This document shows, piece by piece, positions 1 to 12,411 of a stretch of DNA of 64,000 bases; position 1 is the stretch's first letter; every line of letters begins with the position of its first letter. A program made the position numbers and the translations under genes. The notes beneath the pieces are model-generated. The model saw only the letters and a list, made by a program, of their open reading frames with translations, had not been told where the DNA came from and searched no databases. The DNA comes from Scenedesmus sp. PABB004 (Eukaryota): contig CM026547.1 of the NCBI GenBank assembly GCA_014905635.1, positions 2,418,001 through 2,482,000 of the forward strand. The letters run 5' to 3'.

Positions 1-96
1 TCCGCACGTCCGCACGCCGGCGCTGGCCCGCGCCAGCAGGCAGAGCAGCAGCAGCGCTGCCGCCGCGCGCGCCGCGCCGCCGCCGCCGCAGCGCAT
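1..96 (-). CDS. 5' end of a probable secreted protein, truncated by the window edge
   Basis: ATG at 96 reads [27 protein letters not shown], a signal-peptide-like hydrophobic stretch ending in A-S-A. Confidence 0.5.
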   Translation of the reverse strand, partial: MRCGGGGAARAAAALLLLCLLARASAGVRTCG

Positions 97-951
97 GGTC
101 GCGTCCTGGCGCGGCGCCCCTTAGCACGAGCGCACCTGCATGCTGCCTCGCCGCGGCGCCCCTGCGGACGCACGCGCGCGGCGCGGCGCGTCGGGCGGGG
201 CACGGGGCAGCAGCAGCGCGGCGCAACCGCCGCCGCCGCCGGCCGGGCCGGTGCCGGCCGCTGCCCGCGCCGCGCCGCCGCGCTGGCGGCAGGGCCGCGC
301 CCGCTGCCGATGCCGCTCAGGGGCGCGGGGACGCGCAGGAGCCGCACCTCGCGGGTGGTTGAGGGAGAGGCTGCTGCGCCCGCTCCTGCAGTGCCGGGGC
401 TGCCGCAAACTGGCTCCCGGTTCCTGGCGCCTGACAGGGATGATGTCACAAGCCCCCCTCCGGAGCGCACGGCCGGCCTTGACGGCGGAGTTCGACTTGC
501 CCGCGGCCGCTCGGCGCGCTGGGCGGCCGTGCGGGCCCAGGGCGCTGCTGGTGAGGGCGCCGGGATCGGCGGTGTGCTGGAGACGCGGCGCGGGCGGGCC
601 ACGGCTCGCGGGCGCAGCGGCGGGGCCCATCAATCGGCGCGCCGCTGTGCCCTGCTGGATTTTGACACGCGAACGGCGCGCGGGGCCATTCGATCGGCGC
701 GAGCACGAACGCACTCCCTCCGACACAGCGGCGCCGCTCGCCAGGCGCCCCACAGGCCTCGCCCCGCCCGCGCGCCAGCAGCCCGCGCCCCCAAGCACCC
801 CCGCCGCCCACGCGGCCGCTCTTCGTCGCTTCGACCGATCCCGCGCCGCCGCCGGACGCGCCGCGGTCCCTAGCAGCCGGCGGGCTGCGGCGGGCGCCCT
901 CTGCTGCTGCCCCGGCCGCCTGCCGCAGCGTCCGTCGCTGGCGCGGGCGCC

Positions 952-2179
952 ATGGGCGACCAGTTCTACCTGCGCTACTACGTGGGGCACACCGGCAAAT
1001 ACGGGCACGAGTTCCTGGAGTTCGAGTTCAGGCCTGATGGCGAGGTGCGCCCCCGCCCGCTGCGCGCCCCCTGGCGGGCCCGGCGGCCGCCCGGGCGGGA
1101 GATCAGGGCCCAGGCGCAGCCCTCCCGCGCCGGCGGCGCCGGCCGCCGCTCCGGCGCGGCGCGGCGGGCGCGCGCGCGCGGGAGCAGCGGCGGCGCCGCC
1201 GCGGGCGCCGGCGGCCCCACGCGCCGGCGGCGGCGGCGCGCGCAGATGCGCTACCGCAACAACTCAAACTACAAGAACGACACGGAGATCCGGAAAAAGG
1301 CGCACGTGTCGCAGGCGGTGCTGGACGAGCTGAAGCGCATCATCGAGGACGCCGAGGTGCGCGCGCGGCGCGCGGTGCGCGGCGCCGGCGCGCTGCGGCG
1401 GCGCCGGCGGCGGCGAGGCGGGCCCAGGCGTCGGCAGCAGCCGGCGCCGGGGCAGCAGCTGGCGGCGGGGCAGCAGCCGGGGGGGGGGGGGGCAGCAGCC
1501 GGCGGCGGGGCAGCAGCCGGCGGGGGGGGGGGGGGGGCAGCAGCCGGCGGCGCGCAAGCGCGCGGCGCGCCGCCGTGCCGCCGCGCCGACCCGCCGCCGC
1601 CGCCGCCGCCGCGCCCGGGCGTCGGTGCGCGCGTGTTGCGCAGATCATGAAGGAGGACGACAACAACTGGCCCATGCCGGACCGCGTGGGCAAGCAGGAG
1701 CTGGAGATCAAGATGAACGGCGAGCACATCTGCTTCAACACGACCAAGCTCGGCAGCGTGCTGCAGGTGCAGCAGAGCAAGGACCCGGACGGCCTGCGGA
1801 TATTCTACTACCTCGTGCAGGTGACGCCCGCTGGCACGAGCACAGCACGGCGCGCAGCACACACAGCACGCAGCACGCACCGCAGCACACAGCGGGAGGC
1901 GCAGGCGGCGCGGCGCAGCGGCGGCGGCGCAGCGGCGGCGGCAGCAACGGCGGCAGCGCAGCGGCAGAGCGGCAGCACAGCGCTGGCGAGCACGCGGGCG
2001 GCGGCGGCGGCGGCGGCGGCAGCGCGCGAGCGCGAGCCGGCCGGGCAGCCACAGCTGCGGCGCGCCGAGCACGCCCGCGGCGCGGCGGCGCGCTGCCGCT
2101 GCCTGCGCCGCAGGACCTCAAGTGCTTTGTCTTCTCCCTCATCTCGGCGCACTTCAAGATCCAGCCCATCCAAAAGTGA
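952..2179 (+). CDS. MAGO: Mago nashi, exon junction complex core protein (148 aa)
   Basis: Exons 952-1044, 1246-1356, 1644-1820, 2114-2179 joined by GT-AG introns. Motifs [55 protein letters not shown]. Confidence 0.98.
1432..1552. repeat. Imperfect GGCAGCAGCCGG repeat with poly-G runs in mago intron 2
   Basis: About five ggcagcagc(c/t)gg units separated by G-rich spacers or G homopolymers. Confidence 0.7.
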
Positions 2180-2752
2180 TGAGCCCCGCCCACCGCCGCC
2201 GCGGGCGCCGCACGCGCGCGCGGGGCGCTGGCGCGGAGGGCCGCCGCAGGCGCGGCGCGGCGCGGGGCGGAGCAGCGCGGGGCGGCCGGCGCGCACGCCG
2301 CTGGGCGCGGACCCCACGGCGGGCGGCGGGCGGCGGCCCGGAACGCGTGCGTGGCTGGAGCCGCAGCTGGCGTGGGCTGTGTTGAGTGTGGCTGCCCTGT
2401 TGCATGCGCGTGGCGCGCGAGCGGCCTGCTCTCGTCTGCTGCTGCTGCTGCTGGTGTTGGGGAGCGCGGGAGGGCGGGAGGGGCAGGGCGGCGCGGCGGC
2501 GGGGCGGCTGCTGCTGGGGGCGGCAGGCGCGGGGGCCGTGCGGCGAGTGCGAGTGCCTGGTAACCTCGAGATCGCGTCGCGAACGGCCGCGGCGCCGCCC
2601 TAGCCGTAGCTGTGCTGTGCTACAGCGCCTGCGTGTCGCGCACGCCCGCCCAACGCTCCACCGGCAAACTGCACTGCCACTGCCTTGGCGGGTCGCGCGA
2701 GCCGCGCCCGCCGTCTCCCCCCCCCCCCCTTCCACCTTGGGCACACACCTCA

Positions 2753-5700
2753 TCACGCCTGGCAGAGCAGCGCGGCGCGGCGCTGCAGCTCCGCGAGCTG
2801 CTCCAGCGCGCCGCCGGGCGCCGCGCCCGCGCCGCCCGCCGCCGCCGCCTTGAGCCGCCCCAGCTGCGCCGCGACGCTGCCCAGCAGCGCGCCCGCCTCG
2901 CCCGCCGCGCCGCCCTGCGGCGCGTCCAGCGCCATGGGCTCGGCGCCGCCGCTGCCGCCCGCGCCCCCGCCGGCGCCGACCTGCGCCTCGCGGCTGGCGG
3001 CCATCGCGGCCGCGCGCGCCACGACCGACGCCGGCAGGCCCGCGAGGCGCGCGACGTTGGTGCCGTAGCTCTTGGGGCACGCGCCTGCGCGCACGCGGGG
3101 CGGCGCGCCGCCGGGCGGTGGGCCGCCCTCCCACGCGCGCGCGGCCGGCTGCGCGGCGCCGCGGCCGCCGCCGCCACTGCCAGGCTGCCGCCGCACCGCA
3201 CCCGCTGTGAGGCGGTAGAGGAAGGTGACCTCAGCCACCTCCTCCTCGCTGCACCCCGCGCCGCGCGCCGCGGCCGCGGCCGCGGCCGCCTCGGGCGTGC
3301 CCGCCGCGGGCGCGTCGTCGCCGCCCGCGCCCGGCGGCGCCGCGACGGCGCAGGCCATGTGCATGATGGCGACCTGGGGGTCGGCCGCGTGCGCCGACGA
3401 GAGCTGGTGGTAGTGCGTGGCAAAGAGGCCCAGGCAGCCGCGCGCGTGCGCGAGGTGCTCCAGCACCGCCGCCGCGATGGCCGCGCCTGCGGCCGCGGCG
3501 GCGGCGCGCGCGCATGTGGGCTCGCTCGCGCGGCGGCGGCGACGGAGGTGGCGGCGGCGGCGGCGCGCGCCGCCCGGCGACGCGCACCGTCGAGCGTGGC
3601 GGTGCCGCGGCCGAGCTCGTCCAGCGCGACGAGGCTGCGCGGCGTCGCGCGGCCGAGCATGGCGGCGGTCTCTGCCATCTCAATGTAAAACGTCGACTGC
3701 CCGCTCAGGATCGCGTCGCGCGCGCCCATGCGCACAAAGCAACCGTCCACGGGCGTCAGCTCAAGGCTCGCCGCCGGCACCATCGCGCCGACCTGCGCGG
3801 GCGCGCGCGCTGGCTCAGCCGCGGCCCGCGGCGCCCCCGCCGCTGCCGCGCTGCCTCGCGTCGCCGCCGCCGCAGCGCGCGCTGCGCGCGCCGCCGCACC
3901 TGCGCGAGCACCGCCGCGAGGCAGACCTGGCGCAGCAGCGTGGACTTGCCGCCCATGTTTGGCCCCGTGAGCAGGATGAAGCCGGGCGCGTCGCCGCCGA
4001 GGTCAATGTCATTTGGCACAAACGACCCGCTCGCGCCGCCGGCGAGGCCCGCGGGGTGGCGCAGCGCGCGCGCGCGGAACACGCCGCCGCCGCGCGGGCC
4101 CGGCGGCAGCAGCTTGGGCCGGCAGACCTGCCCGTCGGCGGCGAGGCCCGCGCCCGCGAGGGCCATGAGGCAGTCCAGCACCGCGACCGCGTCGATGGCG
4201 GAGCCCCACAGCTCCGCGTGCGACACAAACACGCGCTCCAGCGCCTGCCACGCAGCGCGGCGCGCGGCGGCGGCGGCGCCGGCGTCGGCGCGCGCGCGCC
4301 GCGCTCCGGCGCACGCCCCGCGCTCCAGCACCGCGCGCGGCGCCCGCACGCCGCGCGCCGCGCCGCGCCGCGCCGCGCCGCGCCGCGCCTGCAGGCAGCC
4401 CGCCTCGACGCGCTCGCGCCGCTCCTCGGCCGCGGCGCGCGCGGCGACGAGGCCGCGCAGCTCGTCGCTGCCGAAGCGCTTGAAGCCCTTGCGGTGGCCC
4501 ACGAGCCCAAAGTGGGCCGGCACGCGGCCGCACGCGTCCTCTGGCACCTCCAGCACGTGGCTCTCCTTGTTCAGGCTGATGAACTTGACGCTCCGGCAGT
4601 CGAGCGCCTTGCGCACGCGCCCCAGGTACGCCTGGCGCGCGGGCGCGGCGGCGGCGGTGAGGGCGGCAGCGCGGGCGGGCGCGGCGGCGGTGAGGGCGGG
4701 CGGCGGGCGTGGCGAGGGGGAGGGGCGACGCGCGGGAGGGAGGGGAGGCGAGGGCAGGGGAGGGGAGGAAGGCGCGCTGCCTGCGCGGGGGCTGCGCCCC
4801 GGGGGGGGGGGGGGGGGCGCTGCCGGCGCGGCGCGGCGCGGGCACCTCGAGGTCTGCGTCGGCGGCGGCGAGCGCCGCGACGGCGGCGTCGAACGCGGCG
4901 TCCACGCCCGCCTTGCTCGGGCGCACCACGCCCTCGCGCTCCGCGCGCTCCCACTCGGCCGCGCCGCGCATGTCCTCGAGCCGCGACCCAAAGTCGGACC
5001 AGCGCGCGGGGTCGGCCAGCGCGGACAGCAGCTCGCTCTTGGGCGCCACCTGCGGCGCGCGGCGCGGGCCGGGCGGGGGCCTGGGCTGGCCGCCGCGCGC
5101 GTCGCGGTGCGCACGTCGCCCTCCCTCCCCTGCTCCAACCCCGGGGCGCCCGCCCGCGCCGCACCTTGCCAAACGCGTCCAGCGCGTCTGCGAGCGCGCC
5201 GAGGTCGCGCATCGCGCCGACCAACACGCGCACGCGGCGGCGCACCACGTCCTCATACAGCACCACGTGCGCCGCCTCGCGCCCCAGCCCGCCCGGCGTC
5301 GCGGCGCCGGCGTCGTTGGCCGCGGCCGTCGCGGCCGCGGCCGCGCCGACCGACGCGCCGAGGCGCGCGAGGCAGCGCTCCAGGTCGCTGCAGCCCGCGA
5401 GCGCGCGCCGCGCCGCCGACACGGCGGGCACGGCGTCGCCCATCAGCTCCTGCCGCCGCCCGGCGCGGGGCGGGGCGGGGCCGTGAGGGGCGGGGCGGGG
5501 CCGCAGGAGGCACCGCTGGCCGCGCCGCCTCGGCCGTGTGCGCCACCGCACCCCCCCCCCACCCCCCCCCACACACACACACACACACGCGCGCGCGCAC
5601 CTCGACCGCGTCCTGGCGGCGCGTGATGTCTGCCGTGCGATACAGCGGCCGCGTGAGCCAGCGGCGCAGCCGGCGCCGCCCAAACGGCGTCGCGCAGTGG

Positions 5701-8700
5701 TCCAGCAGGCCCAGCAGGCTGCCCTGCGGCCCGCCGAGCGCGTTCTCCAGCACCTCCAGCCCCTCCAGCGCCGCGCCGTTGAGCTCCATGGCCACAGGCT
5801 CGTCGCTGCCGGTCACCTGGCGGCGGTGCGCGCGCGGCGCGATGCGCGCGTGAGCCGGCACGCGGGTGGGCGGTGCCCCCAGCGCGCGTGGCGCCGCGGC
5901 GCCGCGGCGCCGCGGCAGCAGTCGGCGGCGGCGCGCGCACCCCCTCGCAGAGCGGCTCGTAGCGCGCGGTGGGGAGCAGCGCGGCGTCGAGCAGGTTGCC
6001 GGCGAGGAAGGTGGAGAGCAGCCCAAACGCGGCCAGGCCTGCCTGGGCCTCGAGGCGCCCCGGCTCGCCCGGCTCGCCGCCAACGCGGTAGCGCTCCGCC
6101 AGCGCCGCGAGCGCGGGCGGCACCTTGGAGGCGTCGGGGAAGTGCTTGGCGAGCACCTGGGGGGGGGGGAGGCCGGGCAGGGAGGAGGGCGCGAGGAGGG
6201 CGGGAGGGTGAGCGGTGCGCGCGTGGGCGGGCCGGCGCAGCACGCAGGCGCGGCGCGGCGGGCGGCGCGGCGGGCGGGCGAGCGGCCGCAGGCGCGCACC
6301 TCGAGCGCGGCGTCCGCGTCGGCGGCGCTCGCGGGCAGCTCGTTGAGCGCGGGCGCGGCGCCGCGGCTGCCGCCGCAGCGCACGAGGCGGCTCGTCGTCG
6401 CGCTCATCGCCGCGCTGCCCCGCCGCGGCAGCACCACCTCGACTGGCCGCAAGCCCGTGAGCTGCGTGCGCAGCTTGAGCCGCACCTGCGCCGCGCGCCG
6501 CGGCACGGCGGGGGCGGGCGCGTCGGCAGCTGCCGGCGGCCGCCGCTCGCCGCCAGGCCGTCCCCTTCACCCCCCCCCCCCCCCCACCACCACCACACCC
6601 CCCCCCTGCGCACCTCGTCGTCGCGCCAGCTGCCGACCAGGATGTGCCCCGCCGCCGTGTCGAGCGCCGCCGCGCCAATGAAGGGCGCGTCGTGCCCGCC
6701 GCACCCCTCGGGCACCTCCACCACTGCGGCCACGCGCGCGCGGGCGCGTGGGCGTTGAGGCCTGCGCCGCGCGCGCGCGCGCGCGCTGCCGCGCTGCCGC
6801 GCTGCCAGCGTGTGCTGCCGCGTTGCCGTGCTGCCGCGCGCTGCCGCGACGCACCGGCGAGCACGTAGGCCGCGTCCGGGTGCGCGGCGACCATCTCCGG
6901 GTCCATCAGCGTGCCCCGGCTCAGCACCGCGACCGCCTGGCGCGCCACCACGGTCGCCATCTTCTGCCCCGGCCGCCGCGCCGCGTTGCGCGCCTTGAGC
7001 TGCTCAGGCGTCTCCGTCTGCACGCGCCGGCGGCGGCGCCGGCGCGGCGCGCGGCCGTGGTCGTGGGCCTGCCGCGCGCGCCGCGCGCGCCGCGCGCGCC
7101 GCGGCGCGACCCCCACCGACCCGCCGCCCCTCTCTCCCGCCTCCCACCCGCCCTGCCCCCCCCCCCCCCCGCGCGCCCGCGCCCACTGCGCCGGCGCACC
7201 TGCTCCACCACGACCACGCGGTGCCCCGCGCGCGCGAGCGCCTCGGCCATGCCGTGGTACGCCGCCTCGGGGAAGCCCGCGTGCGGGCGCTCGCCCTTCA
7301 TGTACGCCAGGCCCAGCACGTCCACGCCCACAAACGCGTCCATCTCAAACATCTGGCCCACGCGCATGCGGCGCGGTGCACGCGGGCGAGGCACGCGGCG
7401 GCGGGCGGGGGTTAGGGGGGCCTCAGGACCGCGCACACGGCGGGCGGGCGAGCACGCGGCGGTGGCGGTGCGGCGGCAGTGGCGGCGGCGGTGCGGCGTG
7501 CGGAGGCGGTGCGCGTGCGGGTGCGGGTGCCGCACCTCGTAGAACTTGCCGACCTTGAAGAGCAGCACGCTGTCAAAGTTGGCCGCCTTGAGGGCCCACC
7601 ACTGCTGCTGCGCCTCGGAGACCTTGGCCGACTTGAACCACGACTCAGCGGCGGGGATGTGCAGGGTGCGGGGGTCGTAGTCGGGGTGGTCGGGCCGCCG
7701 CCCAGACGCGTCGCGGATCCTGCGCGCCGCCGGGCGAGCAGCGGGTCGGCGGCGGGGCGGCGGTCCAGCGGCGGCGGCGGCGGGAAAGCGGCGATGGGGC
7801 GGCGGCGACGGGAGGGGCGCGGGGCGCGGGGCGCGGGGCGCACGTCTTTGGGTGCAGGAAGGGGAAGCGCGCGGCCATGCTGGCGGCAAAGCGCGCCGCG
7901 TCGGCGCCGCCCGACGCGACCACGCCCAGCACGAGCTCGGGCTCTGCGCCGGCGGCGGCGGGCGCCGTCAGGAGTGCCGCGCGCGCGCAGCGCCGCTGGC
8001 GCGGCAGCGGCAGCGGCGGGGCGCCGCTCGCAGCCGCCGCCGCGGCGCACCGGCGCGCGCGCCGTCGCCGCCGGGCGTGACGTCCAGCGCGCCCTGCAGC
8101 GCCGCCTTGGCCTGCGCCGACGCGGGCGTGCGCGCGCCGCCGGGCGTGCCGGCCGCCGAGCCGCCGCCGGGCGTGGGCGTGGGCGTGGGCCGCCCGCCGG
8201 GCGCGGCCTCGTCGTCGCCGCCGCTGGCGCCGCGGAAGAGGCCCAGGCGCGCGCAGGGCGTGCCGCTCTCGCCGCGCGTCGCGGTCACGGGCGGCGTGAA
8301 GCCGGGGAAGGCCCCCGCGCCGCTGGCGCCGCCGCACATGAAGCGCTCCATGGGCGTGTGACCCGCCGACGACGGCGCGCCGCCGCCGACGCCGCCGCCG
8401 ACGGCGCCGCCGCGCAGCGCGCCCGCGGCGGGCGTGCACACGGGCGCCTCGGCGGCGGCGGGCTTGCGCTTGCGCGGCGCCTGCGGCACGAGGGGGGGGG
8501 GGGAGGCTGTGTGCGGCCCGCCGCCACCGCGCTCGCGCTCTCACTGGCTTGCGCGCGGGCGCAGAGCTGCCCGCTCGGCCCCGACGCAGCCCCGGCCCCC
8601 GGGGCCTGCCGCCGCGCACCTTGCTCGCGGGGCGCTTGCGCTTGCCGCCAGGCGACGCCTCGTCCTCGAGCTCCGAGTCTGCCTCGCCGCACGAGCCCGA

Positions 8701-8992
8701 CCCCGCCTCGTCCTCCAGCTCCTCCATCGCCTCGTCGTCGTCCTCCTCGCCGCCCTCGGCTGCCGCGCGGGCGCGCGCGGCGGCGGCGGGGGCGCGGCGG
8801 TCGGCGCGGCCGTGCGCGCGAGCGGGCGCGGGCGCGGCGCCCCGCCGCCGCCGCCGCCGCCCCCAAAGCCCAGGCGGCGCACCCTTGAAGTCAGAGTCTG
8901 AGTCGCTGGCGCCGCCGCTGGGGTCGCCCGCGCCGGCGTCGTCGTCGTCGCTGTCGCTCGCGAGCACGGCCGCGCGGCGCCTGCGCTTGGCC

Positions 8993-9029
<37 letters not shown>

Positions 9030-9811
9030 TGGGCAGCAGGGTGTGGCGCTCGGCAATGAGGTCCAGCCACTCCTCCTCGCCGTCGTCGTACACGACTGGC
9101 GGCGCGCGGCGCGCGGGCGGGGGCGGCCGCGTGGGAGGCGGGCGCGCGCGGCGCCGCTGCGCCGCTGCGGCGGCGCGCGCCGACGGCGGGGCCCGCCGCG
9201 CGCACCCTTGTGCTGCGCGGTCGCGGCGTTGAACTGTGCCACGCGGCCCTCGTACCAGGCCTTGTCCTTGGGCCAGTACACGCTGATGCACCGCCCCACC
9301 GCCGCGGCGCCCGCGCCGCCGCCGTGGGTGGGCTCGGCGCCCGCCTTGCCGCCGGCGGCGCCCGGCGCCGCGCCCGCGCCGGGCTTGGCCTTGACCCGCG
9401 GCGGCGCGGCGGGCTTGCCTGCCGGCGCCGCGGGCGTGGCCGCGGGCGCGGGCGTGGCGGCGGGCGGCTGCGGCCGCGCCGCCGCGCCCGACGGCGGCGC
9501 CGCGGGCGTGGCGCCGTCGGCCAGCGGCGGCGCCGCCGCGGGCGTGCTCGCCGGCGGCGCGGCTGCGCGGCGGCGGGCGGGCGGCGGCCGCCGTGAGGCG
9601 CGCCGCGCGCCACAGCCTGGCGCTGCTGCCGCTGCTGCCGCTGCCGCAGCCGCGGCGGGCGCGCGCCCTCCGCCGCACCCGCTTTGGGCTTGCACTGCAC
9701 GGGTGTGCCGCCCGCGGGCTTGGGCTTGGCGGCGAAGAAGGAGGAGATGGACTTTTGCTTCGCGCCCGCCGACACGGGCGTCTTGGCGGCGCCGCCGCCG
9801 CCCTTCACCAT
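2753..9811 (-). CDS. MSH6: DNA mismatch repair protein MSH6, multi-exon
   Basis: PIP box QKSISSFF, Tudor-like [27 protein letters not shown], mismatch-binding FKVGKFYE, Walker [43 protein letters not shown]. Confidence 0.95.
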
Positions 9812-10178
9812 GGCTGCCTGCGCTGTCGCGCTCCGTACCAAGCTAGGGCGTCGACCGGGCCGCCTGGCGGCTCTCGCGGGCGCGCGCGCACGCGCTGGGC
9901 GGGCGGAGCAGCAGCGCGACGCAGCCGGGCGCTCGTGGCGCGCAGGCACGCGCTGCGGGGTCTGACAAACGGGGAGCGCGTGGGGGCCTGCACCCGGGCA
10001 GCGAACGGCGCTGAATGACGCCTCTTCTGCGGTCTCTTAAGTCGGGCGTGTTTGAAAAATCCTGAGCGACGGCAGGGCGCCTGGGCCCCCGCAGTGCCGA
10101 GGAGTCCTCCCCCGCACGTCGCCCCGCGTCGGCACACAGCCCCGCCAGCGGGACGTCCGCGCGTGGACGTGCGCCTGC

Positions 10179-12090
10179 ATGCCCGCGCCGCCGCCCGCGC
10201 CGCCGCCGGCGATCGAGCAGCAGCGCTCCTCGCCCGTCGCGCCGCGCAAGCTCTCGGGCGCCGCGCGCCCGGGCGGCAGCATGAGCAGCCTGGCGGCGGG
10301 CGCCGCGAGCGCGGACGCGCCGCTGCCGGGGCACGACCGCGACGACCGCGACGAGGAGAAGGGCACGCTGCTCGACCGGCGCAGCAGCAAGACGATGCGG
10401 CAGCTCGCGCAGGCGGCGCAGGCGCCCAAGGAGGTGCGGGCAAGGGGTCAGGAGGGCGCGTCGGCGCGCGAGCAGCGGCGCGAGCCGCGCGGGGTGGCGG
10501 GGAGCAGCGGCGGTTGCGCGCGGTTGGGGGCGCTGCCGCCGCGCCGCGCTGAGCACCGCGCTGCGCCCCCGCGGCCCACTGCCGCCCCAGGCGATGCACC
10601 AGATCGTGCACAGCTGGTTCAGCAGAAAGTTCGCGACCGGCTGGTGCGCAGCCGCGCGCGGCGCAGCGGCGGCATCGGCGGCACGACAAGCGGGCCGCGC
10701 TCGCACGCGAGCGCGCCGCCGCCGCCGCCGCCCGCTTCCCGCCGCCCACCGCCCACCGCCGCCCGCCGCCCCCGCCGCCGCCGCCGCGCCGCCGCCGCCG
10801 CCGTGTCGCAGCGCGATCCTGCTGCCCATCGTCATCACCTTCTACGTGACCTTCCACTTCCTCAAGCTCTTTGACGGCATCTTCTCGGTGCGTGCCCCCC
10901 CCCCCCCCCCCCCGCGCGCCGCGCGCACTGCTGGGCGCGGACGGCACGCGCCGCCGCGGCTCCCCGCCCGCCCACACACAGCCCGCCTCCCGCGCCGCCG
11001 CGGCGCGGCCCGTGCCGCCGCCCCCGCGCCGCCGCGGCCGCGCCCTGCAGCCCCTCTACAAGCGCTTCCTGGGCTACGAGGTGTTTGGCCTGGGGTTCAT
11101 GACCTCAGTGGTGCGCCGCCGCCCGCCGCACCGCGCGGCCCGCCGCGCAGCGCCGCGCCGCGCGGCCCGCCCACCCGCCTGGCCTCTCCGCCGCGGCGCG
11201 CCCCCTGCGCCGCGTGGCGCGGCCCGCCCACCCGCCTGGCCTCTCCGCCGCGGCGCGCCCCCTGCGCCGCGTGGCGCGGCCTGCCCACCCGCCCGGCCTC
11301 TCCGCCGCGGCGCGCCCCCTGCGCCGCGTGGCGCGGCCCGCCCACCCGCCCGGCCTCTCCGCCGCGGCGCGCCCCCTGCGCCGCGTGGCGCGGCCCGCCC
11401 ACCCGCCTGGCCTCTCCGCCGCGGCGCGCCCCCTGCGCCGCGTGGCGCGGCCCGCCCACCCGCCCGGCCTCTCCGCCGCGGCGCGCTCATCATGGGCAGC
11501 TGTTCATCATGGGCACGGGCGTGTTTTGCAGCAGCTGGATGGGCGCGTGGGCGCTCGCGCTCGGGGAGTGGATCATCAAGCGCCTCCCGCTGGTGAAGCA
11601 CATCTACTCGGCGTCCAAGCAGGTCTCCGGCGCGCTGAGCCCCGACAGCGGCGAGGGCAGTAAGGCGTTCCAGGAGTGCGTGCTCGCGCGGCACCCGCGG
11701 CACGGCGAGTACGCGATCGCCTTCATCACAGGCCGCACGCTGCTGCAGGTGTGCGCGCGCGGGCCGCGCAGGCCGGGCGGCGGCGACGCGGTGGCGCCGC
11801 GCGCGCGCCGCGCGCCGCACTGCGCGCCGCGCGCCGCGCCGCGCCGAGCCCCCTCCCCCGTCCGTTTCCCCGCGGCGCCGCGTCGGCGGCGCGCGCAGAC
11901 GCACGAGGGCGACGTGCGCCTGACGGCGGTGTACATCCCCACCAACCACGTGTACGTGGGCGACATCTACCTGCTCGACGAGCGCGACCTCATCCACACC
12001 AACCTCACCGTGCGCGAGGGCCTCGAGATCGTGGTCTCCGTCGGCATGGCGCTGCCGCCAGCGCTCTCCGCGATCTCGCGGCGACGGTGA
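10179..12090 (+). CDS. LCV: LIKE-COV / COV1 family membrane protein (DUF502)
   Basis: Spliced exons give SRKFATGC-AILLPIVITFYVT, FDGIFSPLY, GEWIIKRLPLVKHIYSASKQVS, HPRHGEYAIAFIT, VYIPTNHVYVGD, EGLEIVVSVGMALP. Confidence 0.9.
11161..11486. repeat. 57-bp minisatellite, about 5.7 near-identical copies, inside an LCV intron
   Basis: Unit cgcggcccgcccacccgcc(t/c)ggcctctccgccgcggcgcgccccctgcgccgcgtgg starts at 11161, 11218, 11275, 11332, 11389, 11446. Confidence 0.95.
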
Positions 12091-12411
12091 CCCCCGCCGC
12101 GGCGGGGCAAGGGGGGAGGGCCGAGGCGGTTGTTGCGCTGCGCCCCGCAGTCGAAACCCAATAACGTGTGCGCGCGCGGTCTCCGCTGCAAGTCGGGGGC
12201 TGCCCACGCGCACAAGCCCAAGCCGCGGCAGCCCGCGCCCGCTCCGCCGCCGCTCGCGCGCACGTCGCCGCTCGCCCGCCCGACCGTGCGCGCCCGTCCG
12301 ATCTGCGCACGCCCGGCCGATCTGCGCACGAAGCGTCGACACTGCTTAAGCGCCACCGGCGTCGCCGTCCGTCGGGGGGCCGCGTGCCTGCGGCCGGCCG
12401 CCGCGGGCGCG

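Noticed and set aside
430..500. Possible C/D snoRNA or tRNA-like segment (gatgatg, gagttcgact)
   Set aside because: No proper C box with a matching D box and no cloverleaf could be built.
11161..11486. CRISPR-like array
   Set aside because: Head-to-tail tandem copies with no unique spacers, inside a spliceosomal intron, and no cas genes.
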